This document shows, piece after piece, positions 9,247 to 19,287 of a stretch of 64,000 nt of DNA. The position numbers were made by a program, and so were the translations under genes. Source of the DNA: Bacteroidota bacterium (GTDB taxonomy: Bacteria > Bacteroidota > Bacteroidia > NS11-12g > UBA955); the NCBI GenBank assembly GCA_027621365.1, contig JAQCBH010000007.1, forward strand, positions 22,447 to 86,446, read 5' to 3'. The notes under the pieces were generated by a model. It saw nothing but the letters and a program-made list of their open reading frames with translations, had not been told where the DNA came from and searched no databases. Within the stretch, counting starts at the first letter, position 1, and the number at the start of each line of letters is the position of its first letter.

Positions 9247-10707
9247 ATGACAATTACCCTCAATAGAGTTCTGCGCAACTCATTGTCTAAGAAAGTTTTA
9301 ACCGCATTTTCGCTGATTTTGGCTCCTGTTTTTGCTATGGCTGCCGATGTGGTTGAACCCCCCCAAGAATTCAATCCCATGGCATGGGACTGGAGCACCC
9401 TATTGACCTTGGCTTTGATGCTGTTGGTGATTTTGGTGATTGCCCGCGCCTTCGACATTGGAAGTTTGACCGAGAAAATTTCCGGCAAGCGTTTGGTGAG
9501 TCCCCACAAAATCAATGGATGGGTGGCCATCATTTTCTTGGTTTTGGGCTTGATTGGTGTTTGGTACGAAATGGTGTACCACGGCAAGCATGTTTTGTTG
9601 AACGACGCCGCTTCTGAGCATGGTGCCGTTTATGACAGCATGTTCATGTGGACCTTCGGCTTCACCTTCGTGGTATTCATCATTACGGAAGTGTTGTTGT
9701 TCTACTTCATGTTCCGTTATAGCTACGACGAGAACCGCAAGGCTTTGTATTACTTCCACAACAACAAATTGGAAGTGATTTGGACTGTGGTTCCTGCTAT
9801 CGTTTTGACTTTCTTGGTTTTGCGCGGTTTTAATACCTGGTCCAAAATCACCAGTGCTGATAACGAAGATGCTCAAGAAATTGAGGTATTTGCATACCAA
9901 TTCGGTTGGAAGGCCCGTTATGCCGGTGCTGATAACAAATTCGGAGACAATAGCTTCACCTTCATTTCAGGTAGTAACCCCTTGGGATTGGCCGTTGAGG
10001 GCTCTATAGATGAGTTGTCTCAGTCATTGACTGACGAAATCGCCGCCTTGGAAGCGTTGATCGCCTCTGCTGATGACTCAGCTGCGGTTTGGTCGGCTCG
10101 TTTGAAAGATTTCGAAGCCCAAGGTCGCCAGCGTGCTTATCCTGAGGCTTACAAAAAGATTCGCGAAATGGCCATGGATGCCGAGAGCGGTGCTTATGTA
10201 CGCAGCTTGGAAAAGGAAATCAAGCGCAAGAGTACCAACATCAAGCGCATTGCGAAGTTCCGCGCCGATCAGAATATGTTCAACAAGTCGGCTTATGACG
10301 ATAAGGTTGTAACCGAGATTGTTTTGGTGAAGAACCAGCCTTATGTGTTCAAGTTCCGTGCTCGTGACGTGATTCACTCGGCTTACATGCCTGAGTTCCG
10401 CGCCCAAATGAACTGCGTACCGGGTATGAGTACTCAGTTTGCGTTTACCCCCATCAAATCAACCGATGAGGCTCGCGCTGAAAAAGGCAATCCTGAATAC
10501 GATTACTACTTGTACTGCAACAAGATTTGTGGAGCAGCCCACTACAACATGAAAATCAAAATCACTGTGGTTGACAACCAAGCTCAATACGAGACTTGGT
10601 TGGCTCAACAAGCCCCAGTGGTGGCCCCTGTTGAGGCTCCAGCTGTAGAAGCTGATCCTGCCTCTGATACAACTTCACAAGCTACCCCCGCCGTAGCTTT
10701 TAACTAA
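9247..10707 (+). CDS. coxB: Cytochrome c oxidase subunit II
   Basis: HNNKLEVIWT, QFGW and CuA ligands DVIHS and CNKICGAAHYNM; large helical insertion in the cupredoxin domain. Confidence 0.93.
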   Translation: MTITLNRVLRNSLSKKVLTAFSLILAPVFAMAADVVEPPQEFNPMAWDWSTLLTLALMLLVILVIARAFDIGSLTEKISGKRLVSPHKINGWVAIIFLVLGLIGVWYEMVYHGKHVLLNDAASEHGAVYDSMFMWTFGFTFVVFIITEVLLFYFMFRYSYDENRKALYYFHNNKLEVIWTVVPAIVLTFLVLRGFNTWSKITSADNEDAQEIEVFAYQFGWKARYAGADNKFGDNSFTFISGSNPLGLAVEGSIDELSQSLTDEIAALEALIASADDSAAVWSARLKDFEAQGRQRAYPEAYKKIREMAMDAESGAYVRSLEKEIKRKSTNIKRIAKFRADQNMFNKSAYDDKVVTEIVLVKNQPYVFKFRARDVIHSAYMPEFRAQMNCVPGMSTQFAFTPIKSTDEARAEKGNPEYDYYLYCNKICGAAHYNMKIKITVVDNQAQYETWLAQQAPVVAPVEAPAVEADPASDTTSQATPAVAFN

Positions 10708-10730
10708 CAAACAACAATTCCAAAAAGAAT

Positions 10731-12614
10731 ATGAGCACAGCAGCATTGCACGCCGAGCACGAAGCGCACCACGAACACAAGGAGAGCTTCATCAGCAAGT
10801 ACGTGTTTTCAATGGACCACAAGATGATCTCGAAGCAATTCTTGATCACGGGTATTGTCATGGGAATGATCGGTATGATCATGTCCTTGTTGTTCCGTCT
10901 TCAATTGGCTTGGCCAGACGATCAATTCAGCATCATTGAAACCCTTTTGGGTAAATGGGGCGTTGATGGCAAATTGGACCCCAACTTCTACATGGGTCTG
11001 GTAACCATTCACGGTACCATCATGGTGTTCTATGTATTGACGGCTGGTTTGAGTGGTACATTCTCCAATCTGTTGATTCCCTTGCAGGTGGGTGCCCGCG
11101 ATATGGCATCTCCCTTCATGAACATGTTGAGCTACTGGTTCTTCTTCATGTCTTCTGTGGTTTTGTTGATCTCAGTAGGTGTAGAAACAGGACCTGCTTC
11201 AGGTGGTTGGACGGTTTACCCTCCTTTGAGCGCCTTGGATAAGGCCATGCCAGGTTCAGGCTTGGGTATGACCTTGTGGTTGGTGGCCATCGTATTGTTC
11301 ATTGTTTCCTCTTTGTTGGGTGGTATCAACTACATCTCTACGGTGTTGAACCAGCGCACCAAGGGCATGAGTATGAATCGATTGCCTTTGACCATTTGGG
11401 CCTTCTTTTTTACGGCTGTCTTGGGCTTGTTGTCCTTCCCCGTATTGTTGGGCGCCGGTTTGTTCTTGATTTTTGACCGTAGCTTCGGTACCAGCTTCTA
11501 CTTGTCTGACATTTATTTGGAGGGAGTAGGTGCTTTGGAAAACATCGGTGGTAGCCCCGTTTTGTACCAGCACTTGTTCTGGTTCTTGGGTCACCCTGAG
11601 GTATACATCATTTTGATGCCTGCCTTGGGTATCACTTCTGAGGTTATTTCCTGCAACGCCCGTAAGCCTATCTTCGGATACACGGCCATGATCATTTCCT
11701 TGTTGGGCATTTCTTTCTTGTCCTTCATTGTATGGGGTCACCACATGTTTATCACCGGTATGAACCCCTTCTTGGGATCTGTGTTCATGATCTTGACCTT
11801 GATCATTGCTGTTCCATCGGCGGTAAAAGCCTTTAACTATCTGACTACATTGTGGAAAGGAAACTTGCGTTTTACTCCCGCCATGTTGTTCTCCATTGGA
11901 TTGGTGTCATTCTTCATCTCAGGTGGTTTGACTGGTATCTACTTGGGTAACGCTGCTTTGGACATCCAAATGCACGATTCTTACTTCGTTGTGGCTCACT
12001 TCCACTTGGTAATGGGTTCGGCTGCCATCTTCGGTATGTTCGCCGGTATTTACCACTGGTTCCCCCGTATGTATGGTCGCATGATGAACAACACCTTGGG
12101 TTATTTCCACTTCTGGATCACCTTTATCTGTGCCTACTTGGTATTCTTCCCCATGCACTTCATGGGCTTGGCGGGTGTTCCTCGTCGTTACTACCAATTC
12201 ACATTGGTGGAGCAGTTCGACGTGTGGATTGACGTAAACAAATTGATCACTGTGTCAGCCATTGTGGCGGGTGCCGCTCAGTTGTTGTTCTTGTACAACT
12301 TCTTCGTGAGCGTTTTCCGCGGCAAGAAAGCTGCACAAAACCCATGGGGTGCCAACACCTTGGAGTGGTCATCGCCCATCGACGTGCGTTTGCACGGCAA
12401 CTGGCCTGGTGACTTGCCAACGGTTTACCGTGGTCCCTACGAATATAGCCGTCCTGATCGTGAGGAAGATTTCTTCCCACAGTATGTGCCTGATGAATCT
12501 GCCCCTGAGGTATTGGAGCCCGAAAAGGCTAAATCTGCTCCTGCCGAAAAAGAGGTTGAAGAGGAGAGCAGCGTGTTCTTCGCGGCCATCAAGCGAGTAT
12601 TTGGATTGGGATAA
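10731..12614 (+). CDS. coxA: Cytochrome c oxidase subunit I (type A1 heme-copper oxidase)
   Basis: DHK.I, TIHGTIM, WFLGHPEVY, WGHHM, HDSYFVVAHFH and PRRY. Confidence 0.97.
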   Translation: MSTAALHAEHEAHHEHKESFISKYVFSMDHKMISKQFLITGIVMGMIGMIMSLLFRLQLAWPDDQFSIIETLLGKWGVDGKLDPNFYMGLVTIHGTIMVFYVLTAGLSGTFSNLLIPLQVGARDMASPFMNMLSYWFFFMSSVVLLISVGVETGPASGGWTVYPPLSALDKAMPGSGLGMTLWLVAIVLFIVSSLLGGINYISTVLNQRTKGMSMNRLPLTIWAFFFTAVLGLLSFPVLLGAGLFLIFDRSFGTSFYLSDIYLEGVGALENIGGSPVLYQHLFWFLGHPEVYIILMPALGITSEVISCNARKPIFGYTAMIISLLGISFLSFIVWGHHMFITGMNPFLGSVFMILTLIIAVPSAVKAFNYLTTLWKGNLRFTPAMLFSIGLVSFFISGGLTGIYLGNAALDIQMHDSYFVVAHFHLVMGSAAIFGMFAGIYHWFPRMYGRMMNNTLGYFHFWITFICAYLVFFPMHFMGLAGVPRRYYQFTLVEQFDVWIDVNKLITVSAIVAGAAQLLFLYNFFVSVFRGKKAAQNPWGANTLEWSSPIDVRLHGNWPGDLPTVYRGPYEYSRPDREEDFFPQYVPDESAPEVLEPEKAKSAPAEKEVEEESSVFFAAIKRVFGLG

Positions 12615-12622
12615 TCCCGAAT

Positions 12623-13657
12623 ATGTCAGATTCACATAGAATCGACCGCATATACAGACGAATAGGTTTCATTACCTGTTCGTCTGTTTTTTTATTGTTC
12701 CTTTTTGGGGGTTTGGTTCGCGCTACTGGAAGTGGAATGGGCTGTCCCGACTGGCCTCGCTGTTTTGGATTATGGGCTCCGCCGACCTGCGACTGCGATT
12801 TGCCAGCCAATTACGAACAAGTATTTCTCGAGAAGAGATTGGCCAAGGTTCAGCGCTTTGCCCAAACTTTGGAGCGATTCGGTTTGACTCAACAAGCCCA
12901 AACCTTGCGCGAAAATCCCTATGTCGATCTTCCGGAAAAATTTGATCCCATCAAGGCCTGGATTGAATACATCAATCGATTGTTTGGGGTGTTGTCTGGA
13001 TTTGCGGCAACGGCATTTGTGTTTTTTGTGTTCCGTCACAAGGCCTTCTCTGCACAGAGACTATGGGTAGTGGCCGGATTCCTATTGTTGCTCATCAATG
13101 CCTGGCTGGGATCTATAGTAGTAGCGAGCAACTTGCTCCCCGGTATTGTTTCTCTGCACTATTTGTTGGCCTTTGCTTGTCTCTTTGCCTTCATGATGGC
13201 CATGCACAAGCAGCGAACTTTTCATTGGCCGGGTTTCAGAAGCAATTCCCTGCTTCAATGGGGACTTTTTATAGGTACTATGGCCGTTGTGTTGTTGGGT
13301 ACTTGGACCCGTGAACAGGTTGATTTGTTGAGACTGAACGGCATTCTCAGCGATGGTGGACATCTGAACATGGCCGACATGGACAATTTGTTCATCGTTC
13401 ATCGCTATTTACCAGTTTTGCTGGCCTTTTGGGTGGTGATGCACTTGCGCAAACTTCCTGGAGAAAGCCTAGGAACAGCCGAGTTTCCCTACTTGTTATT
13501 TGTCGGCATAAGCCTACTTCAAATAGGATTAGGCGCCATACACATTTGGTTTTTGGTACCGACCTGGGCCCAACTCTTTCATGTCGTATTGGGAAGCAGT
13601 TTGCCCGTTTTGGCTTTTTACTTGGCCCTTCATCATTCTAACACGGAAACAACATGA
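12623..13657 (+). CDS. ctaA: Heme A synthase (COX15/CtaA)
   Basis: GGLVRATGSGMGCPDWPRC and WIEYINRLFG; conserved His residues in transmembrane helices. Confidence 0.9.
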   Translation: MSDSHRIDRIYRRIGFITCSSVFLLFLFGGLVRATGSGMGCPDWPRCFGLWAPPTCDCDLPANYEQVFLEKRLAKVQRFAQTLERFGLTQQAQTLRENPYVDLPEKFDPIKAWIEYINRLFGVLSGFAATAFVFFVFRHKAFSAQRLWVVAGFLLLLINAWLGSIVVASNLLPGIVSLHYLLAFACLFAFMMAMHKQRTFHWPGFRSNSLLQWGLFIGTMAVVLLGTWTREQVDLLRLNGILSDGGHLNMADMDNLFIVHRYLPVLLAFWVVMHLRKLPGESLGTAEFPYLLFVGISLLQIGLGAIHIWFLVPTWAQLFHVVLGSSLPVLAFYLALHHSNTETT

Positions 13658-14532
13658 GCACTTCTACATTGAAAAGCTATTTCCAGTTGGTTAAGTTTCG
13701 CTTGACCTCTACCGTAGCCGCTACTTCTGCCTTCGGATACATGCTTGGCTGTCAGTTGAACAACCGAGATCACTGGAAGGATGCCTTTGAGTGGCCGGTA
13801 TTCTGGGCCGTATTGATCGGGGGCATGCTGGTGGTTTTTGCTTCGAATGGTCTGAATCAAATCATTGAGAAAGGCAATGATTCAAAGATGAGCCGCACCG
13901 CCACGAGGCCCATAGTAGAAGAACGCATTTCGCTCTCTCAGGCGCGAATTTTTTCTTGGGTGTCGGGCTTGTTGGGTTTGCTGCTGTTGGCCCTGTTTAC
14001 CCCCTTTGCCACTATGTGGCTGAGTATGCTTTCGCTGATTTTGTACGTGTTCGTTTACACGCCTATGAAAAAGGTGAATTCCTTGGCGGTTATGGTGGGA
14101 GCCATTCCAGGAGCCTTGCCTCCCTTGATTGGTTATACCGCAGCAGTGGGACGAATTGATGAGCCGGGTATGATGCTGTTCTTGGTGCAGTTTTTCTGGC
14201 AGTTCCCACACTTTTGGGCCATTGCATGGATGCTGCACGACGATTACCAAAAAGCCGGCTATTGGTTGTTGCCCTCTTCGGGTGGTCGAGACAAGCGCAG
14301 CGCCTACCAAATTCTAACCTACACGGTATTGCTCATATTGGTATCCATGATGCCCATTTACTATGGTTTGAGTGACGTGAAAGCCCTAAGCATGATACTG
14401 CCCGTAGGCGCTTTTGTTCTGTATCGGGCATGGAAACTTTTCGTCAGTTTGGCTGTTCCAGAAGCAAGAAAGCTGATGTTCGCCTCCTTGTTGTTTACAC
14501 CGGTCGTGTTCTTGGCCTATATAATTTTTTAA
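13654..14532 (+). CDS. cyoE: Protoheme IX farnesyltransferase (heme O synthase)
   Basis: NQIIE...D..M.RT..RP, VYTPMKK, GAIPGALPPLIG and FFWQFPHFWAI. Confidence 0.95.
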   Translation: MSTSTLKSYFQLVKFRLTSTVAATSAFGYMLGCQLNNRDHWKDAFEWPVFWAVLIGGMLVVFASNGLNQIIEKGNDSKMSRTATRPIVEERISLSQARIFSWVSGLLGLLLLALFTPFATMWLSMLSLILYVFVYTPMKKVNSLAVMVGAIPGALPPLIGYTAAVGRIDEPGMMLFLVQFFWQFPHFWAIAWMLHDDYQKAGYWLLPSSGGRDKRSAYQILTYTVLLILVSMMPIYYGLSDVKALSMILPVGAFVLYRAWKLFVSLAVPEARKLMFASLLFTPVVFLAYIIF

Positions 14533-14536
14533 TCGA

Positions 14537-15133
14537 ATGAACTCTAAAAAGAAAATCAAAGATCCCGAACCACTGGTCGCCCCAGGCAAGTTCAATTTGT
14601 GGTTGCTCATGTTGGCCAGCAGCATGCTTTTCGCCTCTTTGGTCAGCGCATTTATCGTGCACAAACCCGATGCGCAAGCCAAATCAACTTGGACCGCCTT
14701 TGATTTACCGATATTTTTCTTGGTTTCAGTTCTGATAGCCGTCATTTCTTCAGTCACCATTTTTGTGGCGTTCAAGGCCGCTAAAAACGACGAGTTGAAT
14801 ACCAATAAGACCTTCTTGGCTCTGACTTTGGGATTGGGTTTGGCTTTTTGTGTCACCCAGTATCTGGGTTGGAAGCAATTGGTAGCCTTAGACTTAACTT
14901 TGGTAAATGCCCGTCCGGAAGACATTTCAGCCTCTTATGTTTGGATGATTACCGGCGTTCACGTCTTGCACGTTTTGGGTGGAATTATTTTGCTCGGCCT
15001 GGCCTTGTCCAAGGCCTTTAAATTGGAAATTCACAAGAAAAGCATGACGCTCATGTCGATCGCGCACACCTATTGGCATTTTGTCGGACTTCTGTGGATT
15101 TTCCTCTATTTATTTCTTTATTTTGCACAGTAA
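14537..15133 (+). CDS. Cytochrome c oxidase subunit III family protein (first copy)
   Basis: KFNLWL.LASSMLFASL, TGVHVLHVLGG and YWHFVGLLW. Confidence 0.9.
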   Translation: MNSKKKIKDPEPLVAPGKFNLWLLMLASSMLFASLVSAFIVHKPDAQAKSTWTAFDLPIFFLVSVLIAVISSVTIFVAFKAAKNDELNTNKTFLALTLGLGLAFCVTQYLGWKQLVALDLTLVNARPEDISASYVWMITGVHVLHVLGGIILLGLALSKAFKLEIHKKSMTLMSIAHTYWHFVGLLWIFLYLFLYFAQ

Positions 15134-15141
15134 CATTTTTC

Positions 15142-15906
15142 ATGGCTAATCATACCCCTGCAGCATTTGAGAACCAGCCTATGTGGGCTGGAGGACGCTC
15201 TCCTTTCAACGTGAGCTACGGTAAGCTGATGATGTGGATTTTCCTCTTGTCAGACGCATTTACATTCTCCAGTCTTTTGGTTCAATACGGAGCCCAGCGT
15301 TTTTCTAACGTAGAATCAGCCGTCACCACCGTGTGGCCTGATCCTGCTTCGATTTTTAACCACTTCCCCTTCATGCACGGTTTGCATTTGCCCTTGCTGT
15401 TTGTGTCGGTGATGACTTTCATCTTGATTTTGTCATCTGTGACTATGGTATTGGCTGTAGAAGCCGGCCACCGCAACAGCAAAAAGGAGGTACAGACTTA
15501 CATGATTTACACCATCATTGGGGGTGTGGCATTTTTAAGTTGCCAGGCATGGGAGTGGTACACTTTCATTCATGAAGGCGCCCGCTTGTATGGCAATACC
15601 TTCGGTATTACCGAGCAAGGATATGAGCATTTGCACAGTGTGAGTTTTGGTGACCATTTTGAGTGGGCTTTGGGTGATAGAACTGACGGTCCTGTTCCCT
15701 TTGCGGCCTTGTTCTTCATTGTTACAGGTTTCCACGGTTTCCACGTATTCTCAGGTGTAGTGATCAACGTGGTGGTTTACATTATGACCGTTCGCGGAGT
15801 GTTCGAGCGCCGTGGCCATTACGAAATGATCGAGAAGGCCGGTTTGTACTGGCACTTTGTAGACTTGGTTTGGGTATTTGTATTTACCTTCTTCTATTTG
15901 ATTTAA
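15142..15906 (+). CDS. Cytochrome c oxidase subunit III family protein (second copy)
   Basis: SYGKLMMWIFLLSDAFTF, FFIVTGFHGFHV and GLYWHFVDLVWVFVF. Start set at ATG 15142. Confidence 0.92.
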   Translation: MANHTPAAFENQPMWAGGRSPFNVSYGKLMMWIFLLSDAFTFSSLLVQYGAQRFSNVESAVTTVWPDPASIFNHFPFMHGLHLPLLFVSVMTFILILSSVTMVLAVEAGHRNSKKEVQTYMIYTIIGGVAFLSCQAWEWYTFIHEGARLYGNTFGITEQGYEHLHSVSFGDHFEWALGDRTDGPVPFAALFFIVTGFHGFHVFSGVVINVVVYIMTVRGVFERRGHYEMIEKAGLYWHFVDLVWVFVFTFFYLI

Positions 15907-15923
15907 CCGCTTAAACGAACAAT

Positions 15924-16262
15924 ATGGATTTCCACGTTAAACCCGGCGAATACGATGCCATCAACTATATCCCTCACACCGAAAGTCACGGTACCAAAGA
16001 ATTGTGGCGCACGTTTTGGTTGTTGTTGGGCATCACGATCCTAGACTTTGTGATTTATTTCGTCATGCCTGCTACAGGTTTGAGAAACTTCATCTTCATT
16101 TTCTTCGGATTGGTAAAAGCCTATTACATTGTTGGTGCCTTCATGCACTTGAAGCACGAGAAAATCAATTTGGCTTTGATCATTTTGGTGCCAACCATTT
16201 TTATTGTTGGACTCATCATGGGTCTGTTGTACGAAGGAAACGCCCTCACCTGGGTCAAGTAA
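15924..16262 (+). CDS. Cytochrome c oxidase subunit IV family protein
   Basis: Three TM helices with KAYYIVGAFMHLKHE; expected position in the cox operon. Confidence 0.88.
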   Translation: MDFHVKPGEYDAINYIPHTESHGTKELWRTFWLLLGITILDFVIYFVMPATGLRNFIFIFFGLVKAYYIVGAFMHLKHEKINLALIILVPTIFIVGLIMGLLYEGNALTWVK

Positions 16263-16268
16263 TTCTGC

Positions 16269-16952
16269 ATGAGTAAAAAATATAACAGCAAGAAAGTGGC
16301 CGCATTCGCGGCCCTTGTTGTTTTACCGGCCTTAGGTATCTTCTTCTTTGCGCAACTCAAATGGGTGCACAAGGAGCTTCCTTACTATTTCATGGAGGAG
16401 TCATTGGATGGCCGCGATTCCATTCCTCAAACAGTCAGTGATATTGTATTGTACAACCAACACGGCCAGAAAATCACTTTGGATGATTTTGATTCGTGCA
16501 TCGTTTTGGTCAACATCTTTTTTGCCTCTTGCCCCGAGGTTTGTCCCCAAATGAACAAACAGTTGCAATCAGTGGCAGAAAAGTTTGGCAACAATCCCGA
16601 TGTGCGTTTTCTATCGGTGACCATTGATCCCGAACGCGATAGCATTCCTGTGTTGGCCACCTATGCTGAGACCTTTGATGCTGATTTGTTCAAACGTACA
16701 TTCGCTACAGGAAGCAAGCGCGAGATTTACGATTGGGCCATCAATGATTTGCATCTAGCTACCGAACAAACACCCGATGACGATTTCATTCACGATGACA
16801 AAGTGGTGATCTTGGATAAAAACCGTCACATTCGCGGTATTCTGCCTACTCGAGGAGAAACGAATACCGAACGAATGGAGCATATAAAAAGAATAAGCGA
16901 CGACATCAATAACCTATTGTATGAATACAGAAAACAAAACATGGATCTCTGA
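16269..16952 (+). CDS. SCO1/SenC copper chaperone
   Basis: FFASCPEVCP (CxxxC), SVTIDPERD and conserved His in FIHDD. Confidence 0.92.
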   Translation: MSKKYNSKKVAAFAALVVLPALGIFFFAQLKWVHKELPYYFMEESLDGRDSIPQTVSDIVLYNQHGQKITLDDFDSCIVLVNIFFASCPEVCPQMNKQLQSVAEKFGNNPDVRFLSVTIDPERDSIPVLATYAETFDADLFKRTFATGSKREIYDWAINDLHLATEQTPDDDFIHDDKVVILDKNRHIRGILPTRGETNTERMEHIKRISDDINNLLYEYRKQNMDL

Positions 16953-17475
16953 TAAAGGGTTCTTTTGGTTGGTATTGGTCATTTCATTGGCGGTACCAGC
17001 GGTAGTTACCCTGCTTCGATATATGCCTGAAGACTATCGCCCCACGGCCGATTTTGCCAAGCATTTGCCATTCGCCAACGCCGTGATCAACAGTTTTGTC
17101 AGTGTCATGTTGATCATGGGTTACAGGGCCATTCGGGTTCAAAAGAACAAAGGCATGCATCAGTTATACATGCTTTCTGCCTTTTCGGCTTCGGCTTTGT
17201 TCTTGATCAGTTATGTGGTGTACCATACGGTGATGCCCCATACCGAGTATTGTGGCGAAGGGTTCATGCGCAATTTGTATTTGTTCATTTTGCTCACGCA
17301 CATCGTTTTGGCTGCGGCTATATTGCCTTTGATCTTGTACACGATTTACTTTTCGACCTCGGGCCGATTTGAGCGTCACAAGAAGATCGCGAAATGGACT
17401 TTTCCCTTGTGGTTATATGTATCAGTTACCGGAGTTATTGTGTACATCATGATAAGTCCGTGCTATAATTTTTAA
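16921..17475 (+). CDS. DUF420 family membrane protein (oxidase assembly, CtaM-like)
   Basis: FLISYVVYH, ILLTHIVLA and HKKIAKWTFPLWLYVSVTGVIVY. Confidence 0.9.
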   Translation: MNTENKTWISDKGFFWLVLVISLAVPAVVTLLRYMPEDYRPTADFAKHLPFANAVINSFVSVMLIMGYRAIRVQKNKGMHQLYMLSAFSASALFLISYVVYHTVMPHTEYCGEGFMRNLYLFILLTHIVLAAAILPLILYTIYFSTSGRFERHKKIAKWTFPLWLYVSVTGVIVYIMISPCYNF

Positions 17476-17484
17476 CTTTGCTCC

Positions 17485-17733
17485 ATGAAACGGTTGGTTC
17501 TATTTGTTTTGTTCCATGTTGCTTCGGCTTTGACCTCCTTGCAGGCTCAGTGCCCGATGTGCAAAACGGCGCTCACATCCAATCGGGACATGAACGGGAA
17601 GTCAGAGGCTACTGTTGGCAATGGCATTAACAAGGGCATTTTGTTCTTGTTGGCTACCCCATACGTATTGGTGGGCACAGCCGGATTCTTCTACTACCAG
17701 AATTTCAAGAAAAAGAAAGCTCAACGTGGCTGA
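17485..17733 (+). CDS. Small exported/membrane-anchored protein with QCPMC (CxxC) motif
   Basis: Signal peptide, QCPMCK, GINKGILFLLATPY and a C-terminal TM helix; preceded by TAACTTTG. Confidence 0.75.
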   Translation: MKRLVLFVLFHVASALTSLQAQCPMCKTALTSNRDMNGKSEATVGNGINKGILFLLATPYVLVGTAGFFYYQNFKKKKAQRG

Positions 17734-18133
17734 AGAAAAAATCCAAAAGGCCGGTGCGCTTGCATTTGCGGCTTGTCGCTGTCCTCGTTGCGGCAAAGGG
17801 CCCGTTTTTAAGTATTCCATACTCAATCCAGCTAAGTTCTCAGAGGCGCATGATCATTGCCCCTCTTGCCATTTGCCCTTTGAACCCGAGACGGGATTCT
17901 TTTATGGGGCTATGTATTGGAGTTATGCTTTGATTGTGGGTATGTCGGTAACCTTTGCAGTTGCGCTTTGGTACTTGGGTTTGTTCGATTACGCCATGGG
18001 TATCATTCCAGTGAGCATATTGCTCATGCTGCCTATAGTGTTTCGATACAGCCGCATGCTGATGCTGTTCATTGTTTACCCCATCATGTACAAGGATATC
18101 TTTACGGGTAAGAAAAAGGCTTACACCGAATAA
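17726..18133 (+). CDS. DUF983 family zinc-ribbon membrane protein
   Basis: CRCPRCGKG...CPSC...EPETGFFYGAMY and RYSR. GTG start chosen at 17726. Confidence 0.85.
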   Translation: MAEEKIQKAGALAFAACRCPRCGKGPVFKYSILNPAKFSEAHDHCPSCHLPFEPETGFFYGAMYWSYALIVGMSVTFAVALWYLGLFDYAMGIIPVSILLMLPIVFRYSRMLMLFIVYPIMYKDIFTGKKKAYTE

Positions 18134-18166
18134 CAAAAAAGCCCGGCCTAGGCCAGGCTTTTTTGT
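18133..18166. terminator. Bidirectional intrinsic terminator between the cox operon end and recA
   Basis: ACAAAAAAGCCCGGCC-TA-GGCCAGGCTTTTTTGT between convergent genes. Confidence 0.8.
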
Positions 18167-18182
18167 CAATAGGAATTTTGAA

Positions 18183-19211
18183 TCAATTCTCTTCGCTAGG
18201 TTCTACGTCGAGAATATCGACATCAGCTCCCTTGGCTTTGATCTTGGCTTCGATTTCAGCCATCAATTCTGGATTGTCTTCCAACAGTTCCTTGACGGAG
18301 TCGCGACCTTGACCCAACTTGGTGCCGTCGTAGCTGAACCAACTACCGCTCTTTTGAACGATACTGGCATCAACACCCAAGTCCAGTACTTCACCGCTAC
18401 GGCTAACACCGCGACCGTACATGATGTCAAATTCCACCACTCGGAAGGGGGGAGCCACCTTGTTCTTGGCTACTTTCACACGAGTGCGGTTACCAATGAC
18501 TTCATCGGTGCCCTTGATTTGGGCCGCACGGCGAATATCCAAACGAATGGAGGCATAGAATTTCAACGCATTACCACCGGTAGTGGTTTCAGGGTTACCA
18601 AACATGACACCGATTTTCTCGCGCAACTGGTTAATGAAGATGGCTACGCAACCGGTTTTGTTGATCGTACCGGTGAGTTTACGCAGCGCTTGACTCATCA
18701 AACGAGCGTGCAAACCTACTTTGCTGTCGCCCATATCGCCTTCGATCTCGGCTCGGGGTACCAACGCGGCAACCGAGTCAATGACGATGACATCGATGGC
18801 ACCTGAGCGAATCAAGTTGTCGGCGATTTCCAGTGCCTGTTCCCCGTCATCGGGTTGGGAAATGAGCAAATTATCAATGTCTATGCCCAAGTTTTTGGCA
18901 TAAAACTTATCAAAAGCATGCTCCGCATCAATAAAGGCACAAATGCCTCCTTTCTTCTGAGCTTCAGCAATGGTATGCAAGGCAATGGTGGTCTTACCTG
19001 AACTTTCAGGACCGTAAATCTCAATGATTCGGCCGCGTGGGAAACCGCCCACTCCAAGGGCTAGGTCTAAGCTAAATGAACCGGTAGAAATGACCTCAAC
19101 GGCCACGTTCTGGTTCTCGTTCATCTTCATGACAATGCCCTTGCCATAGTTCTTCTCCAATCGCTCTATGGTCTGTTGGAGGGCTTTGAGTTTTTCTTTT
19201 TGTTCGCTCAT
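18183..19211 (-). CDS. recA: Recombinase RecA
   Basis: [30 protein letters not shown] and [16 protein letters not shown]. Confidence 0.99.
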   Translation of the reverse strand: MSEQKEKLKALQQTIERLEKNYGKGIVMKMNENQNVAVEVISTGSFSLDLALGVGGFPRGRIIEIYGPESSGKTTIALHTIAEAQKKGGICAFIDAEHAFDKFYAKNLGIDIDNLLISQPDDGEQALEIADNLIRSGAIDVIVIDSVAALVPRAEIEGDMGDSKVGLHARLMSQALRKLTGTINKTGCVAIFINQLREKIGVMFGNPETTTGGNALKFYASIRLDIRRAAQIKGTDEVIGNRTRVKVAKNKVAPPFRVVEFDIMYGRGVSRSGEVLDLGVDASIVQKSGSWFSYDGTKLGQGRDSVKELLEDNPELMAEIEAKIKAKGADVDILDVEPSEEN

Positions 19212-19258
19212 CTCAATTATTACAACTTTTTAAAGGTACTTTTTGTTCGATTCGTTTT

Positions 19259-19287
19259 CAAAGGTAGAAAATGTGAAAATATATTTG
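19259..19287. promoter_or_regulatory. Divergent -7 promoter elements for recA (minus, 19259-19266) and radC (plus, 19280-19287)
   Basis: TACCTTTG on the minus strand and TATATTTG on the plus strand both match TAnnTTTG. Confidence 0.55.

Noticed and set aside
14537-15906. Two subunit III genes as a novel duplication
   Set aside because: Paired cox3-like genes are, to my knowledge, a normal feature of Bacteroidota oxidase operons.
18072-18806. 244-aa plus-strand ORF
   Set aside because: Antisense shadow of recA.
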